Below, one piece after another: positions 1 to 11,030 of a stretch of 37,664 nt of DNA; the first letter of the stretch is position 1, and every line of letters starts with the position of its first letter. The notes under the pieces were generated by a model that saw nothing but the letters and a program-made list of their open reading frames with translations, searched no databases and was not told the DNA's origin. This stretch comes from Octopus bimaculoides (lineage: Eukaryota): the NCBI RefSeq assembly GCF_001194135.2, contig NC_068982.1, positions 174,123,319 to 174,160,982 on the forward strand. Reading direction: 5' to 3'. The position numbers were made by a program, and so were the translations under genes.

Positions 1-79
<79 letters not shown>
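1..79. repeat. (TG)n microsatellite
   Basis: Uninterrupted TG dinucleotide run from the window start. Confidence 0.98.
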
Positions 80-81
<2 letters not shown>

Positions 82-469
82 CGAAAGTCAACGACAGAGC
101 CGGCTTTTGAATGGTTCTGACAAAGTAATCTAGTGTATGAGTTCGTATCACTCAGACATCCTGTAGATTACATGCATGAGAAATGAGTTTGCTTATGCAT
201 TAAACGGGCTTCAATGATAAATATATTAAATCAATAATATCAATATGAATATATTGATATTTATATGTGCTTATTGTTGTGTACGAAAAGACAAGATATT
301 ATCTATAAGCATTGTGAGTTGATGTGCAGTTTTTTATGTGAAGCACTTAGTATGTGAGCCGATAGCTGATCTCGACTTACGTAAAAAGATCCGATAAATG
401 GAATGTTTTCAGTGATTTTCTGATATTCTCACTCTCATATATGTCTGTATATATGCATGTATGTATGTA

Positions 470-504
<35 letters not shown>

Positions 505-514
505 NNNNNNNNNN

Positions 515-552
<38 letters not shown>

Positions 553-1179
553 TATATATATGCATATGTATATATGTATGTGTTTGTATATACACATGCA
601 CGCACATGCTCACACGCGCGCATGCACATACACACACACAAGCCATTCACATATATATATATATATATATATANNNNNNNNNNNNNNNNNNNNNNNNNNN
701 NNNNNNNNNNNNNNNNNNNNNNNNNNNNNNNNNNNNNNNNNNNNNNNNNNNNNNNNNNNNNNNNNNNNNNNNNNNNNNNNNNNNNNNNNNNNNNNNNNNN
801 NNNNNNNNNNNNNNNNNNNNNNNNNNNNNNNNNNNNNNNNNNNNNNNNNNNNNNNNNNNNNNNNNNNNNNNNNNNNNNNNNNNNNNNNNNNNNNNNNNNN
901 NNNNNNNNNNNNNNNNNNNNNNNNNNNNNNNNNNNNNNNNNNNNNNNNNNNNNNNNNNNNNNNNNNNNNNNNNNNNNNNNNNNNNNNNNNNNNNNNNNNN
1001 NNNNNNNNNNNNNNNNNNNNNNNNNNNNNNNNNNNNNNNNNNNNNNNNNNNNNNNNNNNNNNNNNNNNNNNNNNNNNNNNNNNNNNNNNNNNNNNNNNNN
1101 NNNNNNNNNNNNNNNNNNNNNNNNNNNNNNNNNNNNNNNNNNNNNNNNNNNNNNNNNNNNNNNNNNNNNNTATATATAG

Positions 1180-1345
1180 TAAATCCACAAAATGAACATG
1201 GTACATCTAAAGTATTAGCAGGCGCTCAGGGAAGGAAAGAAAGATGGTTTTATGTTTTGAGCAACGCTCTTCTTCAGAAACAGAGGGAAGTCCAATAGAA
1301 GGGAAGACGGAGGAAGAAAATCGCCAACGATTCATATGTGATACA
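1180..1345 (-). mobile_element. Family E short interspersed repeat, copy 1 (hammerhead-bearing, possibly Penelope pLTR-derived)
   Basis: The reverse complement shares motifs (gttggcgatttt...ttggact...gttt-CTGAAGAAGAGC..GCTC...ccttccctgagcg...taatact) with 4132-4291 and 10836-11030. Confidence 0.7.
1247..1281 (-). ncRNA. Minimal type I hammerhead ribozyme-like motif (degenerate)
   Basis: Minus strand reads GUUU CUGAAGA A GAGC-guu-GCUC AAAAC AU A AAAC. The CUGANGA box, stem II and stem I are intact. GAAACGU has changed to AAAACAU by two CpG-type transitions. Confidence 0.6.
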
Positions 1346-1526
1346 TATCGTTAAAGGTGTGAAATTGTAAGGATTTTTTGGGCGATAACTGACGAGGAAT
1401 TAACAACGTCCCGGTTTGTGTGTAAATTTTTCCGTTTTTTCCTTTGTTGCGCTTCTGTTCAAATTTTGGAACTTATTATTTACGCACATATATGCATACA
1501 AATGCATGCATGCATACACATGCATG

Positions 1527-1562
<36 letters not shown>

Positions 1563-1620
1563 TGTATAATATGCATAATATAAATCAATGTGTGCGTGAC
1601 TTTGTATTTGTTTCACTACC

Positions 1621-1808
1621 ACCAGTTGACAGCCAGTGTTGGATTGTTTACATCCCAATAACTTAGCTATTCGAGAAAAGGGATCCACAGGTAAGTACCA
1701 GATTTAAAAAATACGTACTGGTGTTGATTTGTTCGCTTAAAACTTGTCAAGGCGGTGCCCCAGTATGGCTGCGATCCTATGGCTGAAACAAATAAAAGAA
1801 AAGATAAA
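1621..1808 (+). mobile_element. SINE family A/B, 3' half, diverged
   Basis: Matches the 3' half of the full copy at 23873-24310 (ttgacaacc..ctggtgtgtttac..taacttagc..aagtac..aaggcggtgccccagcatggc..tgaaacaa(g)taaaaga). Confidence 0.8.
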
Positions 1809-1829
1809 ATATAGATAAATCAAAACGGC

Positions 1830-1860
<31 letters not shown>

Positions 1861-1883
1861 ACACACACACACACTCACACACT

Positions 1884-1915
<32 letters not shown>

Positions 1916-2318
1916 GATACACAGCTAATTAGCATGANNNNNNNNNNGTTCTACTGTTTACTTATCATTAACCTCTTTCTGTTGGTTTTCTTTCTCTTTC
2001 TCTTTTTTTTTTTTTTTTTTGATGGTCGTCTATCTATTTATAATGTTCTCTTCCACTCTATAAATCTTCGTCTAGCTCCCGACCTCTGTTTATCTATCTA
2101 TCAATCTATCTCTCTATCTCTCTATCAATCAAACCATTTATCTATCTATATATCTATCTATTTAGCTGTGTCTCTCTCCGTCTAGCTAGTTTTTATAATG
2201 TTTATGTATTGTTTGTGCATTATTTTTTCTCACTCAACATTTTTATTCAACATTTATCAGCATGTCTCGTGCTTGTATGTGCATGTGTGTGTATATGTAA
2301 GTACGATTGTATATTTTC

Positions 2319-2580
2319 TATCTTTTACTTGTTTCAGTCATTTGACTGCGGTCATGCTGAGGCATCACCTTGAAGAATTTTTAGTGGAATGAATCGACCC
2401 AAGTACTATTTTTTTTTTTTTTTTTTTTTTTTNNNNNNNNNNACAATAACACCGGTTGTCAAACTGTGGTGGGGGGACAAAAATACACACACACACACAC
2501 ACACACACATACATACATATGCATCTACGACGATGTTCGTTCAGTTTCCGTCAACGGGTCTCTTCAGTTTCGCTCACAGA
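2319..2580 (-). mobile_element. SINE family A/B, partial and gapped
   Basis: tcttttacttgtttcagtcatttgactgcgg...gaatcgaccc, then ggttgtcaa...(CA)n...cagtttccgtc: the reverse complement of the family body, interrupted by a poly-T/N gap. Confidence 0.75.
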
Positions 2581-3391
2581 TTTTTATATTATTTTTTTTT
2601 AATTAACAGTGTGAAATTTTGCCTACTGGAATAATTTCTCACACTGAACACGGTTTACTTTCAACATTTTTGACAAAATTTCCTATTTTAGGGATCATCT
2701 CTACTTTATTATCTCTCCTTCTACTTCATGAGGGTCCTGTATGACCCCTCTATCCGGAAACCGAAACCGTGCGGGTCACTAGCAAAAAACACTGTGTGAG
2801 CAAAACCAATTTCACAGAGTTGTGAATATATGAGTTAGTTTGCATAGCATACAGGAATATTTTTGGATATATTTGTAACAATGTATTGGACATAGATGTC
2901 TCTTTCGTATACAGGTTCAGTATTCCATCAGTATTCCTTATTTATATGGTTGTATTTTGGTTTTAGTATGCCTGTGGTATGACAGTGAGGACAATATTTC
3001 ATCGGAGTAACATTGTGAATAATTTTAGCACCAAAATTCATATCTCACGGAAAGGTTTTTCAACTTCTTAAACGATGGGGATTCTGGTGATGTCTACAAG
3101 TTTAATAAATTGGAAGTGTGCAATCAAACTTCGCGTATGAGCAGCTTAGAATATATCGCTTTTTTTTTTTTTTTTGTCTATTCANNNNNNNNNNTATATC
3201 GCTTTTTTTTTTTTTTTTGTCTATTCAGAGTACAGGCATGTTCACGTCAATGCAACGGATAGCTTTTCCCAGTGTGGAATAAAGAGTGTTTCGTTAACGG
3301 GGATGAATGGCCACATTGGGCATCATGAGTCGTTAGAGGAAACCCTAGTAGCTACAAATGAAATCGTGTTGGCGACTATTATGTGCAAAAT

Positions 3392-3520
3392 TATGGCTGA
3401 ATGGCTAAATGGCTGGCTGGCTGACTGAATGGCTGGCTGGCTGGCTGGCTGGTTGGATGGATGGATGGATGGATGGATGGATGGATGGATGGATGGATGG
3501 ATGGATGGATGGATGGATGG
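3392..3520. repeat. Compound (TGGC)n/(TGGA)n tetranucleotide microsatellite
   Basis: Seen directly. Confidence 0.95.
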
Positions 3521-3771
3521 TGTATAATTATAAGTTATATGAATGTGGACAGGGTGAATAATGCATATATATATATATATACACACGCGCGCACATACAT
3601 ATATTTTCAACTATAAACTATATATGTCAACTTGAATGCAAGGTAAGTCTAGATTAATTCATATATTTGTTTACTTGTGATTTGCCCTGCATTTACTTCG
3701 CATTGTTCTAACCTTACTCACGATCCTTTATACAATATATATACAAGTGTGTGTGTGTGTGTGTGTGTATA

Positions 3772-3845
3772 CAGGGGCGTAACTAGGGCGGAGCAAACAG
3801 GGCACATGCTCTGGGCGTCACTTTGAGTGGGGCACAAATTTGGTC
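3772..3845 (+). mobile_element. Possible terminus of a non-autonomous DNA transposon
   Basis: Starts CAGGGGCGTAACTAGG, a terminal motif typical of some hAT-like non-autonomous elements. I found no matching right end. Confidence 0.3.
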
Positions 3846-4131
3846 AGGATCATTTTCTAATGAAGCCATTAAAAGAATATATATATCCTCTTTTACTCTT
3901 TTATTTGTTTCAGTCATTTGACTGTGGCCATGCTGGAGCACTGCATTTAGTCGAAAAAATCGACCCCAGGACATATTCTTTGTAGTCCTAGTACTTATTC
4001 TACCGGTCTCTAGAACTGCTAGTTAGAGGGACTTAAACCCACCAACATCGGTCGTCAAGCGATGGTGGGGGTACAAACACAGACACACAAATACATTCAT
4101 ATATACGTGTGTGTGTGTGTGTGTGTGTGTG

Positions 4132-4291
4132 TAACCTCGTGGATATCGGTGGCGATTTTTTCTTCTTTGGACTTTCTTTGTTTCCGACGAAGAGCTCCGC
4201 TCGAAACGTCATATTCTCTTTCTTTCCCTTCCCGAGCGTCTAGTAATACAATCTGTATCACGTCCTCACGTTGTTGTATTTTGTTGGGTTT
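4132..4291 (+). mobile_element. Family E short interspersed repeat, copy 2
   Basis: Shares ggcgatttt..ttggact..gttt..gaagagc..gctcgaaacgt..cccttcccgagcg..taatac..cacgtcctc.cgttgttgt with the other two copies. Confidence 0.7.
4180..4214 (+). ncRNA. Minimal type I hammerhead ribozyme-like motif (U4C variant, weak stem I)
   Basis: GUUU CCGACGA A GAGC-ucc-GCUC GAAAC GU C AUAU. Stem II and GAAAC-GUC are intact, the core box has C for U4, and stem I is poorly paired. Confidence 0.55.
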
Positions 4292-4679
4292 NNNNNNNNN
4301 NNNNNNNNNNNNNNNNNNNNNNNNNNNNNNNNNNNNNNNNNNNNNNNNNNNNNNNNNNNNNNNNNNNNNNNNNNNNNNNNNNNNNNNNNNNNNNNNNNNN
4401 NNNNNNNNNNNNNNNNNNNNNNNNNNNNNNNNNNNNNNNNNNNNNNNNNNNNNNNNNNNNTATATACTGACAAGGTTTTGGTCGGCCTGAAGCTATAGTA
4501 GAAGACATTTGCCTAAGGTACCACGCAGTGGGACTGAACCCTGAACCATGTGGTTGGGGAGCAAGCTTCTTACCACACAGCCACTCCTGTCTAATCGTTG
4601 GATGGATGTGCGTATATGTATGATAATAAATATATATGCACATGGACAAATATACGTACATTCGTACAAAGCGTGTATT

Positions 4680-4691
4680 AATGTATGTATG

Positions 4692-4725
<34 letters not shown>

Positions 4726-4790
4726 TGTATGTATGTATGTATGTATGTACGTATGTATGTATGCATTTATGTATGTATGTATGCATGTAT
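4680..4790. repeat. (ATGT)n microsatellite
   Basis: Seen directly, slightly imperfect. Confidence 0.95.
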
Positions 4791-6439
4791 AAATGGTCTG
4801 CTGGCTTAATGGTCTTATACACATACCTTAAGGGGAGGTATCTGTGAGACTAATGTTATAAGTAGGTCTATACGTCCTATATATGCCTTACTGTACGTTC
4901 TGTCTGTCTCATTATCTGTCTGCCTTTCTCTCAGAGGCGTGAGAGAGAGGGAGGGTGAGAGAGAGAGGGTGAGAGAGAGGGAGAGACAGAGGGAGAGAGA
5001 GGGAGGGAGGGAGACAGAGGGAGAGAGNNNNNNNNNNNNNNNNNNNNNNNNNNNNNNNNNNNNNNNNNNNNNNNNNNNNNNNNNNNNNNNNNNNNNNNNN
5101 NNNNNNNNNNNNNNNNNNNNNNNNNNNNNNNNNNNNNNNNNNNNNNNNNNNNNNNNNNNNNNNNNNNNNNNNNNNNNNNNNNNNNNNNNNNNNNNNNNNN
5201 NNNNNNNNNNNNNNNNNNNNNNNNNNNNNNNNNNNNNNNNNNNNNNNNNNNNNNNNNNNNNNNNNNNNNNNNNNNNNNNNNNNNNNNNNNNNNNNNNNNN
5301 NNNNNNNNNNNNNNNNNNNNNNNNNNNNNNNNNNNNNNNNNNNNNNNNNNNNNNNNNNNNNNNNNNNNNNNNNNNNNNNNNNNNNNNNNNNNNNNNNNNN
5401 NNNNNNNNNNNNNNNNNNNNNNTATATATATATATATGTATTATAGTTACAACAGCAAGAAAAACTAAGATGGAGGGGTGAGACAGGCTAGTTCTTGGAG
5501 GTAATAAGGTCGGTCGTATGGAGGTCGAGATGAAAGAAAAGAAAGAAAGGAAAAAATAGGTCGGAATCTCGAGAAGATGAACAATTATGTTAATTATATT
5601 ATAATAATAGCAGTGGGAGAAAAACTTACCGTTGCAGCGATAATCTTTCGGTGAACCGAATCCGCGACCCAGTTTCGATTCCTTGACGGAACCGTCTCAG
5701 TTTGGTGGATAACGCTCGTTGTCTTACTGGGAATTTGGTGCAAACAGTTGTTCCAGATGCTTTACTTTATCTAATTTCGTACCCTTGCTGTTTCGAGTTC
5801 AAATCTTTCCGGGGGTCAAATATGCCTTTCATAAACCCGCATGTGGTTGGTAAACTCAGAACGAGTAAGTTACCACACCACTCTGTATTCATTCACTAAA
5901 ATCTCATATATCATCTCTTGTCATTATAAGAGCTGGTAGTTATGGTTAGACTATGTTTCACCGAAAAAGTCTAGTAAGATAAACGTACATATCTTATTAG
6001 ATCAGACTCCGTTCCCCTCTACCTTCTATTTTCTCATGTATTTAAATTCAATGATTGTCTCCCCTGTTTTTCTCGACCAGAATTAATCATTTGGGTCTGG
6101 AGTTTTTTTTTTGGGGGGGGGGGGGTTCTCCTCACTACACTTCAAATTTCCTGGCTCAAAACCAAAAAGTACGTTAAGTTTTTCTTTACTAAGAACTAGT
6201 GATACACAAGAGTCGATAAAATCTATTATATATCCTTGTAGTTTACCAGGAACTCAGCATATTCTATAGCACTAGTGATATCTGAATTCAAAGTCCATAG
6301 TACAGCCGTTTCTGCTATTTTCCCACAAGGAAAAATGAAAACACAGTTATCATTTCACAAGCATGTTCAGCACTTCACTGCATTACATTACATGTAAAAA
6401 AGAAAAGTGCTAACAAGAGCTTTTGAGTTGTCACTGGAC

Positions 6440-6620
6440 TTTTTTTTAGAAATATCAGTCAAATCTCCCCCAAATCACACCCACTTATTAAAAAAAAACA
6501 AAGATAAATGAGGACAAATTGAACATTGTAATCCTACATATTCCGAGAAGACGGAATTATTACGCCAAGAATACTTTTTCGTATTTTAGGTGTGTGCGGC
6601 CAGCTTCGATCTGGGAGTTC
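6440..6620 (-). mobile_element. Family G interspersed repeat (SINE-like), diverged
   Basis: tagaaatatcagtcaaatctcccccaaatcacacc is the reverse complement of the ggggagatgtggctgctagttttag motif at ~14320-14345. It also recurs near 27900. Confidence 0.55.
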
Positions 6621-6746
6621 ATGTCCTACCATCGCTATCTTAAAACACTTAGCTGTAGAATATCTTAGTTCATCTGGCAGTAAATGAGTGTTGTCATTTA
6701 CTCATCTGGATGAATCGAACGACAGATTAAGACGTTAAAAAATAAG

Positions 6747-7387
6747 GGATCTATTTCAAAACGGGGGCACCAGTTTTCATTTATGTTTTATGTAGTGTTT
6801 TTGGTACCGAAAGACTTTCAAACTTCGTATACTTATCTATTTTGTGTTATAGAACAGAAAAAAATTTTTGTATTCGAATTTATTTCGTGTAAAAAATTGT
6901 CTTATTTCAATAATTTCTACTAATCACTGACGTCTATTCAGTTGAAAACAGTTAGCGCTGTAACGGTGTATATCGTATTAATCCCCTAGCCCTAACCCTA
7001 ACCCTAACTAGACTGTTAAACCCTAACCCTAACCCTAACCCTAAAACTAACCCTAACTCTAGAATCCGAACTCTAAAATTGTTACACGCATAGATACGCA
7101 CAGCGTAATTTATTATATAAACGATATATGCGTATAAATTACGATTAAACCGGATGAAATATGTCACAGGGAATAACATTTTTATGACCGCCTAGCAGTA
7201 ACTCTATTCAGCTGAATAGACGTCAGTGATTGGTTGAAATTACAGAAATACGACAACTTTAACATGGAATAACTTGCGATGTACGTTTTTTTTTGTTAAG
7301 AAGACTAAGAGTAAAAGATGTTTTATATGACACATTCTACCAGTGTCCCAAGTTTCAAAGTGTTTCGTTAGTGTTTCGTTAAGATCC
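6747..7387. mobile_element. Foldback MITE with imperfect long TIRs, 8-bp TSD and (CCCTAA)n core
   Basis: Termini are GGATCT...AGATCC. An identical AAAATAAG flanks both sides (6739-6746 and 7388-7395). A perfect 20-bp inverted pair (6922-6941 and 7212-7231) lies within longer imperfect arms. Confidence 0.8.
6984..7060. repeat. Interstitial telomere-like (CCCTAA)n array
   Basis: Eight perfect CCCTAA units plus variants (CCCTAG, AACTAA, CTCTAG). Confidence 0.9.
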
Positions 7388-7508
7388 AAAATAAGCTATC
7401 GAATTATAGATCGGTAATTGGAAATAATGAAGGTCGTTGAGTGAAGTTCGAGATGATAGTTTTCAAAGAATAATAAACAACAGGTTGATATCTAAGAAAA
7501 ATGAACAT

Positions 7509-7858
7509 GCGTGCATGTGTGGTAAGAAGCTTGCTTCCCAACCACATTGTTCCGGGTTCAGTCCCACTGCAAGTTACCTTGGGCAAGTGTTTCTACTTTA
7601 GCCTTGGGCCGACTAAAGCCTTGCGAGTAGATTTGGTAGACGGAATCTGGAAGAAGCCCGAATATAAAGCGCTTGACAACTGATTTTGGTGTGTTTACGT
7701 CCCCGTAACTTAGCGGCTCGGCAAAAGAGACCGATAGAATGAGTACTAGGCTTACAACGAATAAGTCCTGGGTCGCTTTCTTCGACTAAAGGCGGTGCTC
7801 CAACATGGCCGCAGTCAAATAACTAAAACGTGTAAAAGAGTTAAACAGTAAAAGAGTC
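7509..7858 (+). mobile_element. Full tRNA-derived SINE family A/B lacking the central microsatellite
   Basis: Head gtgtggtaag...ggttcagtccc (B box), accttgggcaagt core and 3' taaaagag tail. The halves join directly at gaatataaagcgcttgacaac. Confidence 0.9.
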
Positions 7859-8049
7859 ATTATCTTAATCGTATGGTAACTGTGGTGGTACAGGCGAGTT
7901 GCTGTTACACTTGATATCTTTAGATGAATCTACGAAATAGTTTCGTTATTTTGTTGGAATTATTTCACTTTGATGGATAATGCGCATACTTATTACTTTA
8001 GCCAAAGTCGATAGTGTTTTACTATCCTTGTTACAAAAGAAAAAACAAA

Positions 8050-8250
8050 CTTTTATCTTTTACTTGCTTCAGTCATTGGACTGCAGCCATGCTGGAGCAC
8101 CACCTTGAAGGGCTTTAGTCGAACAGGTCGACCCCAGGACTAATTTTTTTAGTCTGGTACTTACTCTGTCGTGGCTTTTGCAGAATCGCTAAGTTAAAAG
8201 AACGTAAGGAAATCAACACCAGTTGTCAAGCAGAGGTGGTGGAACACACA
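8050..8250 (-). mobile_element. SINE family A/B, 3' half
   Basis: cttttacttgcttcagtcattggactgcagccatgctggagcaccaccttg...ggtcgaccccagg...caacaccagttgtcaagc, followed by (CA)n. Confidence 0.85.
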
Positions 8251-8262
8251 TACACGCACACA

Positions 8263-8356
<94 letters not shown>

Positions 8357-8382
8357 AGTATATACATACATACATTTTTTAA

Positions 8383-8792
8383 TTCTTTTACTTGTTTCAA
8401 TCATTGACTGCGACCATGCGGAAGCTCCGCCTTGAAAGGTCTTAGTCGAACAAATCGACTACCGGATTTATTTCTTAAGACTAGTACTCATTCCTTCGGT
8501 CTCTTTTGCTGAAACGCTATGTTACGAGGAGATGAACACACCAACACCAGTTGTCAAGTAGTGATGGAAGATGGGACAAACACAGACTGAAAGACACACA
8601 CAAATAGATATATACATATTTATATACACATAAATATACGACGAGCTTCTTTCAGCTTCCGTCTAAAGAATCCATTCTGGTCTCCCCGAGGCTACACTAC
8701 AAGAAAGTTGCTCAAGGTGTCACGCATTGGGACTGAACACAGAGCCATGTGGTTGGGAAGCAAGCTTCTTATCACACAATCACGTCTGCGCC
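8383..8792 (-). mobile_element. Full SINE family A/B, diverged
   Basis: The reverse complement aligns end to end with 23873-24310, including the head (gggactgaac, B box) and the central AT/AC tract. Confidence 0.85.
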
Positions 8793-8819
8793 TATATATA
8801 TACACACACACACACATAT

Positions 8820-10760
8820 ATGTGTATACTTTATTATCTCCTATGACACACCACCCACCACACAGCACATTCCACCCCTCTCCCTCTCGCCCATGCACAA
8901 ACACACACATAAGAACGCACACGTACCTCCAAACACACAGCCCTCTACACACAACACACACACATACATGCACGCACACATACACACACGCATACACACA
9001 CGCACACACAGGAATGCACATATACCTCCACACAACCCCACGTACATACACACACATACACACACGCGCATACACATCAACGCACATATACCTACACACA
9101 ACACACACAACGCAAACAAATACACACATATATACGCACGTACATACACCTCCACACATACACGCAACAGCGTGGCACACAGAGATAGGTATACGCACAC
9201 ACACACACATTTATAGAGTGAGAGAACGTGTGACAGAATGACACACGAAGATAAACACACGCACACACATATACCCATATATGTGCACACACACGCACCC
9301 ACATACACATTCCCGCTCCGTCCTTGCACAGATACCAACACACACACACACACCACCACCACCCTAACCCATTCACACAGCCACACCTACCCTCTACACA
9401 CCCTTCAGACAACGTAGCCACACTCCACTGACCCTGTTCCCCCCCTCTCATGCACGTACACACATGAATGTACATACACCTCTACACATACAACACAAAC
9501 ATACATGCACGCATATACATCCTCGCGCGTACATGCACGCACACACACATACAGACACGCACACATATGCATGCTCACACACATGAACGCACATATGTCT
9601 CCACACGCACAACACACACATACATGCACACGCATACATACACACACGCGTACATACACGCACACACACACGCACACACACACATACACATACGCACACA
9701 CATGCGCACGAGCACACACATGAATTCACATATACTTCCACACATACAACACACATACATGCACACACATACATGCACGTACATACACGCACGTACATAC
9801 ACACACGCACACACGTACACACAAGCGGCGGGTGAAATGCTTAGCGGTATTTCGTCTGTCTTTACGTTCTGAGTTCAAATTCCGCCGAGGTAGACTTTGC
9901 CTTTCATCCTTTTGGAGTCTATTAAATAAGTACCAGTTACACAGTGGGGTCGATCTAATCGACTTAATCCATTTGTCTGTCCTTGTTTGTCCCCTCTGTA
10001 TGTAGCCCCTTGTGGGTAGTAAAGAAATAACACACGTACACACCCGTATATACACGCACGCACACATACACACACATACACACACGCACGCACACAGGCA
10101 TACACACGCAACCACACACACAGGAATGCACATGTACCGCCACACACAACCCCACGCACATACACACACATACACTCACACACACAACACACACATACAC
10201 GCACACTCATACATACACACACATACATATGCTTTCACACTCACACGTACATACACACATCCCCACATGCACACGCGAACACACACACATACATATACCG
10301 ATATAGAGAGAGACAGTCTCACAGAGAGAGTGAGATACACATACACACCCATACACATGCCCACACATTCCCACTCCGTCTACGTACACATGCCAACACA
10401 CACGCACACCCTTAAGACTGCTTCGCAAACACCTTTCTACTGCCCCGACTGTTACTAACCATCCCACCTAGTCTCATGTGCAAGAACACACAACCACACC
10501 ATAGCTGCTGACCTCTCACTACGACATTGACACACACAGATCATTTACATAGACACATGTAAACCTTTGGTACCACACACAGTTACCACCACACGCACAT
10601 ACGCTACCACGAGCACGCACACACACGCACATAGTTACTGCTACACACACACACGGTATCGCATACACGCATACCACTACCACACGCACACCCAGACTCA
10701 GTTACTGCCATACACACGCTATCACACACACATACTACCGCGCACGCATACACACAGATA
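8820..10760. repeat. ~1.9-kb degenerate CA-rich minisatellite-like tract
   Basis: Imperfect (CA)/(CATA)/(CACG) matrix with a recurring anchor resembling GAATGCACATATACCTCCACACA. Interrupted by a SINE at 9825-10029. Confidence 0.85.
9825..10029 (+). mobile_element. tRNA-derived SINE family C, alternative 3' tail
   Basis: gaaatgcttagcggtatttcgtc...gagttcaaattcc (B box)...ctttgcctttcatcc...aagtaccag...ggggtcgatctaatcgac. The tail differs from the other family C copies. Confidence 0.85.
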
Positions 10761-10835
10761 GCAACCATTCTTCACACTCTCCTGTCCCAGAAAACACTTT
10801 CTGTTTGTCCATCTACTTTTGGTCATTCCAAAACG

Positions 10836-11030
10836 TAACTACACGTGGAGTGTTGGCGATTTTCCCTCCTTCCTTCTCTTTTGGACTTTTCTATGTCTCC
10901 TTGTTTTAGAAGAAGAATTTTGCTCAAAAAGTAAAGCAACTACTCTTTGTTTCCTTCTCTAAGTTTCTTATTAATACTTTGCATGTAACACGTCCTCGCG
11001 TTGTTGTTTTTCTTGTCTTTTTGCTCCGTT
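10836..11030 (+). mobile_element. Family E short interspersed repeat, copy 3
   Basis: gttggcgatttt..ttggact..ttgttt..gaagaaga..gctc..gtaaagcaa..ttaatact..cacgtcctcgcgttgttgt aligns with copies 1 and 2. Confidence 0.7.
10901..10939 (+). ncRNA. Hammerhead relic (core mutated, stem I 6 bp)
   Basis: UUGUUU UAGAAGA A GAAU-uuu-GCUC AAAAA GU A AAGCAA. Stem I pairs fully with one G-U, but both core boxes are damaged. Confidence 0.4.

Larger units (their letters stand above)
3888..4591 (-). mobile_element. Full SINE family A/B with a nested family E insertion in its central microsatellite
   Basis: The 3' half lies at 3888-4105 and the tRNA-like head plus ccttaggcaaatg core at 4468-4591. Both are on the minus strand, separated by (GT)n, family E and an N gap. 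Confidence 0.8.

Noticed and set aside
1389-1415. CTGACGA followed by GGA...TCC, resembling half a hammerhead
   Set aside because: No GAAA follows the putative stem II, and there is no stem I or III.
3151-3230. Duplicated atatcgc(T)n gtctattca either side of a 10-N gap
   Set aside because: Typical unmerged contig overlap, so an assembly artefact.
5660-5705. Minus strand CTGA-GACGGTTCCGTC-AAGGAATC-GAAAC-TGG-GTC, possibly a deleted hammerhead
   Set aside because: The CUGANGA box is incomplete and stem I does not pair. It requires an assumed deletion.
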